64,000 bases of DNA, from positions 215,884,001-215,948,000 of the forward strand of contig OZ024741.1 in NCBI GenBank assembly GCA_964016885.1, read 5' to 3'. A model generated the notes under the pieces. The model was not told where the DNA came from, did no database searches, and saw only the letters and a list, made by a program, of their open reading frames with translations. Each line of letters opens with the position of its first letter. Position 1 is the stretch's first letter. The position numbers were made by a program, and so were the translations under genes. The stretch is from Eledone cirrhosa. Taxonomy: Eukaryota. Positions 54,893-64,000 of this stretch are shown here, one piece after another.

Positions 54893-57607
54893 TTAATTGT
54901 AAGTTGTGATGTTGCTGTTCCACTCATATTTTCTATTTAATTTTGGTTTTAATTCTTTTATGCTTACTGCCTCTGTAATTTGCCTAAACATTGCGTCTTT
55001 CTTGTGTGTGGATTCTATTTTTATTTCTATGCTCTCTAATTTACCCCTGTGTTCTATCTTAGCATGTTGGTAGAGCACAGATGATTCTTTACTATCTTGG
55101 AGGTCTCGCCAGTGTTCATTTATTCGTTCCCCTATACTACGAGCTGTCTCACCTATGTACACTATATTTTTGTTTCTACATTGTCCTTCAGTACATCTTA
55201 TGCTATATACTACATTTCTAGTTTTACAGTTAATATGGGGGCTTATTTTACAGGTTATACATTTCTTATCTATACATGAGGGTCTTTGGAACGGGTATGT
55301 CTTGCTAATAAGTGTTTTTACGGAGGTACCAGGTCTTTCTACTATCTTAATATTGAGATTATGTTTCTTTAGGGCCCTTCTAAATTTGTAGGCTAGTTCG
55401 CCTCTAGGGGTTGTATTGATGAACATTACACTCTGGTATTTATTGCTATCATACCATGAGTTTATTCTATTGGCCTTGTTCTTAGTTCTTTCTATTCTAT
55501 TCCAAAATTTGCTCCTATACAAGGGGCAGGTCCCATTTATGTCATTATTTACCATTTTTTCCCATTTGGTTCTGGCTCCTTTATACACTCTGATTCTATC
55601 TCTCTGATTGTAGCCAGACAACTGCATACGGTGGATGAAGTGTTGTATGTGTCTCTCTAGTTCTTCGGGGTTGCACATGCGGGACACATTTCTCATCACC
55701 CGTACCAAATCCGCAATCAGTATGTTGATTTTGGTATGGTCCGAAATGGCCGAGTTTCGGTGGATCAGATGTTTGGAAGTCATGGGTTTGGCATAATGGG
55801 AATGGAGGATTTGTTTTTGGTTGTTAATAGTATCTAACCAGAGCTCTGTGTCTAGTACAGGTAATCGATGGTTGGGGTGTCTACTTGGGTAGTCTATAGT
55901 AACTCTAATGCTCTGGTGGATGGAGTTTGCTATTTGCTGGATGCTTTCCATAGTGTTTTTCTCTAGTTCCTGACTGTTCTTTAGTGGGGGTGTCTTAACT
56001 ACGATGTTTATATCATCTACGTAGCGGGAGTACATTATCAGGGTTAAGCTGTCTTCTAATTGTTCATTAAGTTTTTGTTTAAGTCTACTGTCCCACCATA
56101 CCATGAATAAGTTAGCTATGTCGCCTGCAATGCTAACACCAATGGCTGCTCCTTCCTCTTGGGCATATGTTTTACCATTAAATTTGAACATATGTTCCTT
56201 AAGGGTTAATTTTATGCTGGCCCCTACCGCATGTGCAATCATTTTCTTCAGTTCATCGTGGTTTTCGGGTGTCTGTATGGCTCTGGTCCACCCGTTCCAT
56301 CTATCTGTGTGGGTTTTCTTGGCCATTGAGGTAATGGTAGGTGGTCTGCCTCTTGCTGGTCTTGTAGGGCACAGGTTGCTAAGGTCATAAGTGTCTAGGT
56401 AACTATTACTATGGGTAAGCTTAAGTAGAAGTCCCAGCTCACTGGTATCAATCCCACGGAACTCAACCTTGCTCTCGCCGATCATTTCGACGCATTTCTC
56501 CACAGCAAAATCCACGTCAATAGATGGATACAGGGACACAACATCCATACTGCCTATTATGCAGTTTGTTAGGTCCCCAGATCGGTTACCCGCGCCGATT
56601 CTGCTGAGGAGGTCCTCCGTGCTGTCACACACATCTGGGGACATCTCAATGATGGGGCGTATGATCAGGGAGAGGAAGTAGGACAGTCTGTAGTTACTAG
56701 CAATGTTAGCCCCACAGACTGGCCGTGTTGGTGGTCCCGCGACAGGGTCCCAGCCCGTTTTATGGTCTTTTCGAAGCCCATACAACGCCGGCACGTCATT
56801 GTTCCAGGCCTGGAAGTTGTTGGCAGTCCTTTTGTTGGGCTGCATTATATTTGTCCACATCACCATATGGGCATTGAGGGTTTTTTCTCTATCCTCATGC
56901 TCCTGTGGTGTTACCTCTCTTGTGTTAGTGATGTGGGGTTGCATTGCCTGGATGTAGTTTGGCAGGCTGTCAACCGACATTCTGCCAGACTTGTCTGTTT
57001 GAAAGCATGCTATCTCTCCATTACGCGAGCGCTGCATGAGCTTACGCAAGCCATTTGCAGATTCTTCTCCCAGTTGCTGGGCCTCTATTCTATTATGCTT
57101 CTTGCTATACTGTTCTATAATATTTCTAAGTTCGGATTTAGCTATACTAAATTGTGCTTCTGTTTGTTCATCGACCTGCGACGGCAACTGCGTGCGTTTG
57201 TTAAATGGCAAAGTCGTGGCGTGGACTCGTCGCAGGTCGAATGATTTATCGGAGGGGTTATAAAACGGAGAGTTCCAGGCTGCTGCTTTATGTGTACTAG
57301 TGCTATTGTTATTGTTAGTTGTGTTGTTTCTATTTCCACCAACAGCAGCAGCCTCAGCTTCATGGTTGTTTCTATGTCTCTCATAATTACTCCTGTCTCT
57401 TTCCACTGACTCAATGTTGTTATCTACCCTATTTTGTGTGTCTGTGTGTTCGTCTTGGTTATTCTCTTTGTCCTTAGTCTCCCATCTCCTTTTCCTTTTC
57501 CTTTTAATCCTATTACTTTCTCTTATTTCTCTGATTTCTGTGCTACTGTCATTACTTGTTTTCTGTGTCTGTGTGTTTGTTAAGATTGTGGTGGTGGTGA
57601 GAGGCAT
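54893..57607 (-). CDS. PLE RT + GIY-YIG polyprotein, N-truncated inverted copy (frame appears open to ~57952)
   Basis: 904 aa uninterrupted; differs from the plus copy at 6 residues. Confidence 0.85.
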   Translation of the reverse strand: MPLTTTTILTNTQTQKTSNDSSTEIREIRESNRIKRKRKRRWETKDKENNQDEHTDTQNRVDNNIESVERDRSNYERHRNNHEAEAAAVGGNRNNTTNNNNSTSTHKAAAWNSPFYNPSDKSFDLRRVHATTLPFNKRTQLPSQVDEQTEAQFSIAKSELRNIIEQYSKKHNRIEAQQLGEESANGLRKLMQRSRNGEIACFQTDKSGRMSVDSLPNYIQAMQPHITNTREVTPQEHEDREKTLNAHMVMWTNIMQPNKRTANNFQAWNNDVPALYGLRKDHKTGWDPVAGPPTRPVCGANIASNYRLSYFLSLIIRPIIEMSPDVCDSTEDLLSRIGAGNRSGDLTNCIIGSMDVVSLYPSIDVDFAVEKCVEMIGESKVEFRGIDTSELGLLLKLTHSNSYLDTYDLSNLCPTRPARGRPPTITSMAKKTHTDRWNGWTRAIQTPENHDELKKMIAHAVGASIKLTLKEHMFKFNGKTYAQEEGAAIGVSIAGDIANLFMVWWDSRLKQKLNEQLEDSLTLIMYSRYVDDINIVVKTPPLKNSQELEKNTMESIQQIANSIHQSIRVTIDYPSRHPNHRLPVLDTELWLDTINNQKQILHSHYAKPMTSKHLIHRNSAISDHTKINILIADLVRVMRNVSRMCNPEELERHIQHFIHRMQLSGYNQRDRIRVYKGARTKWEKMVNNDINGTCPLYRSKFWNRIERTKNKANRINSWYDSNKYQSVMFINTTPRGELAYKFRRALKKHNLNIKIVERPGTSVKTLISKTYPFQRPSCIDKKCITCKISPHINCKTRNVVYSIRCTEGQCRNKNIVYIGETARSIGERINEHWRDLQDSKESSVLYQHAKIEHRGKLESIEIKIESTHKKDAMFRQITEAVSIKELKPKLNRKYEWNSNITTYN

Positions 57608-58017
57608 TGAATGCGTGTGTGTTGTTGTTGTTGATGTGTGTTGTTGTTGATGTGTGTTGTTGTTGTCTCCGTGTGTGTGTGTGTTATCGTTGTTGTGTGT
57701 GTTGTTATTGTTGTTTGTGTTTGCGTGTCTGTTGTTGTTGTATCTGGGTATGTTGCTATTGTTGTTGTTGTATCTGGGTATGTTGCTATTGTTGTTGTTA
57801 TTGTTGTTTGTGTCTGTGTGTCTGTTGTTGTTGGGATGTGTGTTGTATATGTACTGTTCTTCGGGGCGTATAAGGCTTATAAATGTTAGTTTTTCTGCTG
57901 GTGTGGTGATTTTAGATATTTCATCTATTAGGTTACGCTTTAGTTTTTCTTGCTAAACAAATTCAGAAACGAAATATCGTAAGCCTTAGCCAGGCTAACA
58001 AGATACTGAAAACCACC

Positions 58018-61000
58018 ATGTTCTGTTGTCTACGAAAAACCATAACATCTCGACAACTACACTTCATAAAACTGTGCACCACTTCTAGAATCTACACCAA
58101 CACCATCAATACCGACGTTAGAAGATTACAACTCACCAAAAAACAAGCAGATAGGCTAAAACGAACTTTAATTCTAAACATAAAAAAGAAGATCTATAGA
58201 GAATTAAGTCATCAAGAAAAACTAAAGCGTAACCTAATAGATGAAATATCTAAAATCACCACACCAGCAGAAAAACTAACATTTATAAGCCTTATACGCC
58301 CCGAAGAACAGTACATATACAACACACATCCCAACAACAACAGACACACAGACACAAACAACAATAACAACAACAATAGCAACATACCCAGATACAACAA
58401 CAACAATAGCAACATACCCAGATACAACAGACACGCAGACACAAACAACAATAACAACACACACGGAGACAATAATAACAACAACACACACATCAACAAC
58501 AACAACAATAGCAACATACCCAGATACAACAACAACAGACACGCAAACACAAACAACAATAACAACACACACAACAACGATAACACACACACACACGGAG
58601 ACAACAACAACACACATCAACAACAACACACATCAACAACAACAACACACACGCATTCAATGCCTCTCACCACCACCACAATCTTAACAAACACACAGAC
58701 ACAGAAAACAAGTAATGACAGTAGCACAGAAATCAGAGAAATAAGAGAAAGTAATAGGATTAAAAGGAAAAGGAAAAGGAGATGGAAGACTAAGGACAAA
58801 GAGAATAACCAAGACGAACACACAGACACACAAAATAGGGTAGATAACAACATTGAGCCAGTGGAAAGAGACAGGAGTAATTATGAGAGACATAGAAACA
58901 ACCATGAAGCTGAGGCTGCTGCTGTTGGTGGAAATAGAAACAACACAACTAACAATAACAATAGCACTAGTACACATAAAGCAGCAGCCTGGAACTCTCC
59001 GTTTTATAACCCCTCCGATAAATCATTCGACCTGCGACGAGTCCACGCCACGACTTTGCCATTTAACAAACGCACGCAGTTGCCGTCGCAGGTCGATGAA
59101 CAAACAGAAGCACAATTTAGTATAGCTAAATCCGAACTTAGAAATATTATAGAACAGTATAGCAAGAAGCATAATAGAATAGAGGCCCAGCAACTGGGAG
59201 AAGAATCTGCAAATGGCTTGCGTAAGCTCATGCAGCGCTCGCGTAATGGAGAGATAGCATGCTTTCCAACAGACAAGTCTGGCAGAATGTCGGTTGACAG
59301 CCTGCCAAACTACATCCAGGCAATGCAACCCCACATCACTAACACAAGAGAGGTAACACCACAGGAGCATGAGGATAGAGAAAAAACCCTCAATGCCCAT
59401 ATGGTGATGTGGACAAATATAATGCAGCCCAACAAAAGGACTGCCAACAACTTCCAGGCCTGGAACAATGACGTGCCGGCGTTGTATGGGCTTCGAAAAG
59501 ACCATAAAACGGGCTGGGACCCTGTCGCGGGACCACCAACACGGCCAGTCTGTGGGGCTAACATTGCTAGTAACTACAGACTGTCCTACTTCCTCTCCCT
59601 GATCATACGCCCCATCATTGAGATGTCCCCAGATGTGTGTGACAGCACGGAGGACCTCCTCAGCAGAATCGGCGCGGGTAACCGATCTGGGGACCTAACA
59701 AACTGCATAATAGGCAGTATGGATGTTGTGTCCCTGTATCCATCTATTGACGTGGATTTTGCTGTGGAGAAATGCGTCGAAATGATCGGCGAGAGCAAGG
59801 TTGAGTTCCGTGGGATTGATACCAGTGAGCTGGGACTTCTACTTAAGCTTACCCATAGTAATAGTTACCTAGACACTTATGACCTTAGCAACCTGTGCCC
59901 TACAAGACCAGCAAGAGGCAGACCACCTACCATTACCTCAATGGCCAAGAAAACCCACACAGATAGATGGAACGGGTGGACCAGAGCCATACAGACACCC
60001 GAAAACCACGATGAACTGAAGAAAATGATTGCACATGCGGTAGGGGCCAGCATAAAATTAACCCTTAAGGAACATATGTTCAAATTTAATGGTAAAACAT
60101 ATGTCCAAGAGGAAGGAGCAGCCATTGGTGTTAGCATTGCAGGCGACATAGCTAACTTATTCATGGTATGGTGGGACAGTAGACTTAAACAAAAACTTAA
60201 TGAACAATTAGAAGACCGCTTAACCCTGATAATGTACTCCCGCTACGTAGATGATATAAACATCGTAGTTAAGACACCCCCACTAAAGAACAGTCAAGAA
60301 CTAGAGAAAAACACTATGGAAAGCATCCAGCAAATTGCAAACTCCATCCACCAGAGCATTAGAGTTGCTATAGACTACCCAAGTAGACACCCCAACCATC
60401 GATTACCTGTACTAGACACAGAGCTCTGGTTAGATACTATTAACAACCAAAAACAAATCCTCCATTCCCATTATGCCAAACCCATGACTTCCAAACATCT
60501 GATCCACCGAAACTCGGCCATTTCGGACCATACCAAAATCAACATACTGATTGCGGATTTGGTACGGGTGATGAGAAATGTGTCCCGCATGTGCAACCCC
60601 GAAGAACTAGAGAGACACATACAACACTTCATCCACCGTATGCAGTTGTCTGGCTACAATCAGAGAGATAGAATCAGAGTGTATAAAGGAGCCAGAACCA
60701 AATGGGAAAAAATGGTAAATAATGACATAAATGGGACCTGCCCCTTGTATAGGAGCAAATTTTGGAATAGAATAGAAAGAACTAAGAACAAGGCCAATAG
60801 AATAAACTCATGGTATGATAGCAATAAATACCAGAGTGTAATGTTCATCAATACAACCCCTAGAGGCGAACTAGCCTACAAATTTAGAAGGGCCCTAAAG
60901 AAACATAATCTCAATATTAAGATAGTAGAAAGACCTGGTACCTCCGTAAAAACACTTATTAGCAAGACATACCCGTTCCAAAGACCCTCATGTATAGATA

Positions 61001-61374
61001 AGAAATGTATAACCTGTAAAATAAGCCCCCATATTAACTGTAAAACTAGAAATGTAGTATATAGCATAAGATGTACTGAAGGACAATGTAGAAACAAAAA
61101 TATAGTGTACATAGGTGAGACAGCTCGTAGTATAGGGGAACGAATAAATGAACACTGGCGAGACCTCCAAGATAGTAAAGAATCATCTGTGCTCTACCAA
61201 CATGCTAAGATAGAACACAGGGGTAAATTAGAGAGCATAGAAATAAAAATAGAATCCACACACAAGAAAGACGCAATGTTTAGGCAAATTACAGAGGCAG
61301 TAAGCATAAAAGAATTAAAACCAAAATTAAATAGAAAATATGAGTGGAACAGCAACATCACAACTTACAATTAA
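58018..61374 (+). CDS. PLE polyprotein: Asn/Thr/His-rich N-terminal region, reverse transcriptase, Cys linker, GIY-YIG endonuclease
   Basis: TDKSG, LYGLRKDHK, RPVC, SMDVVSLYPSID, QEEGAAIG, YSRYVDD, LPVLD; CIDKKCITC..C..NVVYSIRC..C..YIGETARS..ERINEH..RQITEA..LN. Confidence 0.93.
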   Translation: MFCCLRKTITSRQLHFIKLCTTSRIYTNTINTDVRRLQLTKKQADRLKRTLILNIKKKIYRELSHQEKLKRNLIDEISKITTPAEKLTFISLIRPEEQYIYNTHPNNNRHTDTNNNNNNNSNIPRYNNNNSNIPRYNRHADTNNNNNTHGDNNNNNTHINNNNNSNIPRYNNNRHANTNNNNNTHNNDNTHTHGDNNNTHQQQHTSTTTTHTHSMPLTTTTILTNTQTQKTSNDSSTEIREIRESNRIKRKRKRRWKTKDKENNQDEHTDTQNRVDNNIEPVERDRSNYERHRNNHEAEAAAVGGNRNNTTNNNNSTSTHKAAAWNSPFYNPSDKSFDLRRVHATTLPFNKRTQLPSQVDEQTEAQFSIAKSELRNIIEQYSKKHNRIEAQQLGEESANGLRKLMQRSRNGEIACFPTDKSGRMSVDSLPNYIQAMQPHITNTREVTPQEHEDREKTLNAHMVMWTNIMQPNKRTANNFQAWNNDVPALYGLRKDHKTGWDPVAGPPTRPVCGANIASNYRLSYFLSLIIRPIIEMSPDVCDSTEDLLSRIGAGNRSGDLTNCIIGSMDVVSLYPSIDVDFAVEKCVEMIGESKVEFRGIDTSELGLLLKLTHSNSYLDTYDLSNLCPTRPARGRPPTITSMAKKTHTDRWNGWTRAIQTPENHDELKKMIAHAVGASIKLTLKEHMFKFNGKTYVQEEGAAIGVSIAGDIANLFMVWWDSRLKQKLNEQLEDRLTLIMYSRYVDDINIVVKTPPLKNSQELEKNTMESIQQIANSIHQSIRVAIDYPSRHPNHRLPVLDTELWLDTINNQKQILHSHYAKPMTSKHLIHRNSAISDHTKINILIADLVRVMRNVSRMCNPEELERHIQHFIHRMQLSGYNQRDRIRVYKGARTKWEKMVNNDINGTCPLYRSKFWNRIERTKNKANRINSWYDSNKYQSVMFINTTPRGELAYKFRRALKKHNLNIKIVERPGTSVKTLISKTYPFQRPSCIDKKCITCKISPHINCKTRNVVYSIRCTEGQCRNKNIVYIGETARSIGERINEHWRDLQDSKESSVLYQHAKIEHRGKLESIEIKIESTHKKDAMFRQITEAVSIKELKPKLNRKYEWNSNITTYN

Positions 61375-61679
61375 GGACAAAATGAAAACACACACACACA
61401 TAGAACAAACAACTTACAATTGAAAACACACACAAAATGAAAACACACACAAGACAAAATGAAAACACACAGACACATAGAACAAACAACCAACCAACAA
61501 TAAATAAATAAATAAACAAACAAATAGAAAAATATAAATAGAAAAATAGAAAAATGAACACAAACACACACAGACACCCGGATGTGGCGCATGCGCAAAC
61601 TGAGCACGCAACCCACACACAAACAAAATGGCGTAGGATAGAAGAAAGGAAAGGCACAGAAACGAAGAAATAAATCCCC

Positions 61680-61724
61680 AGTCACTGAAGAGGTCACAGA
61701 GTGTGTGACGAAAGAACTATGACT
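61680..61724 (+). ncRNA. Minimal hammerhead in the lineage D terminal repeat
   Basis: AGUCA-CUGAAGA-G-GUCACA(GAGUG)UGUGAC-GAAA-GAAC-UA-UGACU; five copies in the window. Confidence 0.82.
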
Positions 61725-61947
61725 ATATATATATAAACAACTATCAGGTTGTGGAACCAACCAACCAACCAGAAATTTATAAATATTTAATAAATTAAAT
61801 TGAAGTGAAAGCAACTGGTGCGTGTGTTTCTTATTGGCAACATGACCCTCCCAAAGTATAACAATATCGGTTTCAACACACGATTTCAGATAAAGAATCT
61901 TGCTAAACAAATTCAGAAACGAAATATATATATATATATATATTTAT

Positions 61948-62585
61948 AAAGTTTAAGCAAAGAATCGCTGCTTTCACCCTTAACGGGATCTTCTGAAACT
62001 AAGAAAGTCAATCTGTAAACGCAGAAGTGGATATTTCAAAAAACGTTGAAACCGGAGGAAGACAGGAAGACGATACTTTGGTTCGTGGAAACGTTCGCTG
62101 GCAAAGAACGAGAAAAAACGAATAAGATACGTCATTAATAGGAGCGGTGAAAAACAATTACGCGCAAAGACAGAACCACGTTTATGGTATAAAAGAGGTC
62201 GTAGACTAATGTTCTCTTAGGTGGTTCATAGAGACGTTCTCTGGCAATGAACGAAAAAAACGAAGATAATACGTCATATGTGGAGCGTGGAGATCAATAG
62301 CACGCAAAGACAAAACCACGTAGATGCTATAGCAGAAGTCGTAGACTAAAATTCTAACTAGGAGACCGAATGAATCTCCGTTTTTTTAAATATCCACTTC
62401 TGCGTTTACAGATTGACTTTGCTAGTTTCAGAAGATCCCGTTAAGGGTGAAAGCAGCGATTCTTTGCTTAAACTTTAATCTGTTATTTTAATAAATATTT
62501 GCTCTACGGTTCTTATAATTTGAAATATATTTATGCTTATCGAGCCCTCTTTGGATTTTAGTCTTAAAATTTATTATTATTACTA
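61948..62585. mobile_element. Fold-back element with CAGAAGA hammerheads in both arms and an internal ~140-bp tandem duplication
   Basis: 61948-62046 is inverted relative to 62378-62476; 62078-62215 is repeated at 62222-62356. Confidence 0.75.
62424..62474 (+). ncRNA. Hammerhead-like motif with CAGAAGA core
   Basis: AGUUU-CAGAAGA-U-CCC(GUUAA)GGG-U-GAAA-GCAG(CGAUUCU)UUGC-UU-AAACU; mirror copy at 61950-62000. Confidence 0.68.
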
Positions 62586-62602
62586 TATATATAGATATAT
62601 GT

Positions 62603-63248
<646 letters not shown>

Positions 63249-63249
63249 C

Positions 63250-63305
<56 letters not shown>

Positions 63306-63437
63306 GTGAGGTTTTTTTTACAAAATGAAAAATAACCAAGGTGTCCTACACGAGTGGAAGTATAAAGAAAAAGAGATGAAATCGAAAATGCAACTGAAGT
63401 CTTATTTTTTTTTTCAAATATATATATTTATTTGGTT

Positions 63438-63475
63438 CCTTTACCGGTTTCGCAGTTCTTCTGCTTTTCAAAAGG
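63438..63475 (-). ncRNA. Minimal hammerhead with U3:A8 core in a lineage A terminal fragment (63298-63508)
   Basis: CCUU-UUGAAAA-GCAG/CUGC-GAAA-CCGG-UA-AAGG. Confidence 0.78.
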
Positions 63476-63900
63476 TGAGTTGAGATGGAGGGTCTGTGGT
63501 TTTTCTCAATATATATATATATATACTTAAGAAAATTAACAAAGAGGAGACAAGACAACGAACGAAAAACAATTTTTTAAGAAGAAACCTTAAATACTCT
63601 TTTCAATATAAATAAAATAACAAAAGACAAAGGACTCCAGATCATCGGCCGTTGAGAGAGACAGGGCGCTCTCGATCCCTACCAAAGGTATTGCTAGTCC
63701 ACAAGGGATCAGAGCGTATGACACAAGCCAAACGCTGTCCAGTGGAGCAAGAGACGATATATGTAGACACACATATATAAATATAACATATAATATATAT
63801 ATATATATTATATATATATATATATACATATAAGAAAGCTGGGTTAGTTCGGATCTAGCTGTCGAAACGGCCGGAGCTCTGCCTTCAGGGTCCCTGACTC

Positions 63901-63950
<50 letters not shown>

Positions 63951-64000
63951 TATATATATATATTCTCAAATGGAGCACGCATGTGCCGTCTTTGTCTAAG

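Larger units (their letters stand above)
54396..61927. mobile_element. Young Penelope-like element (lineage D) as a 7.5-kb head-to-head inverted structure in (TA)n
   Basis: 54396-57952 is the reverse complement of 58213-61867; junction at a TCTTG microhomology (~57948-57952); both flanks are (TA)n. Confidence 0.95.

Noticed and set aside
55097-61170. Short ORFs antisense or out of frame within the big PLE ORFs
   Set aside because: Shadow frames; duplicated only because the element is an inverted repeat
58018-61374. Telomerase, retron or group II intron RT; Naiad/Chlamys-type PLE
   Set aside because: A C-terminal GIY-YIG domain and HHR-bearing termini indicate a canonical PLE; no N-terminal endonuclease or in-frame UGA is seen; exact clade needs an RT phylogeny

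Overview
AT-rich eukaryotic (animal) repeat-dominated DNA with very dense (TA)n/(CA)n/(ATGT)n microsatellites. The repeat content resembles a cephalopod such as Octopus (inference, not verified). No host protein-coding gene is clearly recognisable. The window is dominated by Penelope-like retroelements (PLEs: RT + C-terminal GIY-YIG endonuclease) from at least three coding lineages, nearly all inserted into (TA)n tracts as asymmetric fold-back (inverted) structures. The largest is a young 7.5-kb palindrome (54.4-61.9 kb) with two open RT-EN frames. The PLE termini and many small fold-back remnants carry more than 20 minimal hammerhead ribozyme (HHR) motifs from roughly ten families, including recurrent non-canonical cores (UUGANAA with compensatory U3:A8, CAGAAGA, GCAA). 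Further observations: the likely start codon of the big ORF lies in the element's 3' terminus (circular permutation); insertions end at two fixed AATAT motifs; in several families the HHR cleavage triplet overlaps an intron-like 5' splice site; and three fold-backs have the ribozyme deleted from one arm. RTE-clade LINE fragments, tRNA-derived SINEs, non-autonomous Helitrons and a Tc1/mariner MITE are also present. All RNA structures were folded by eye.
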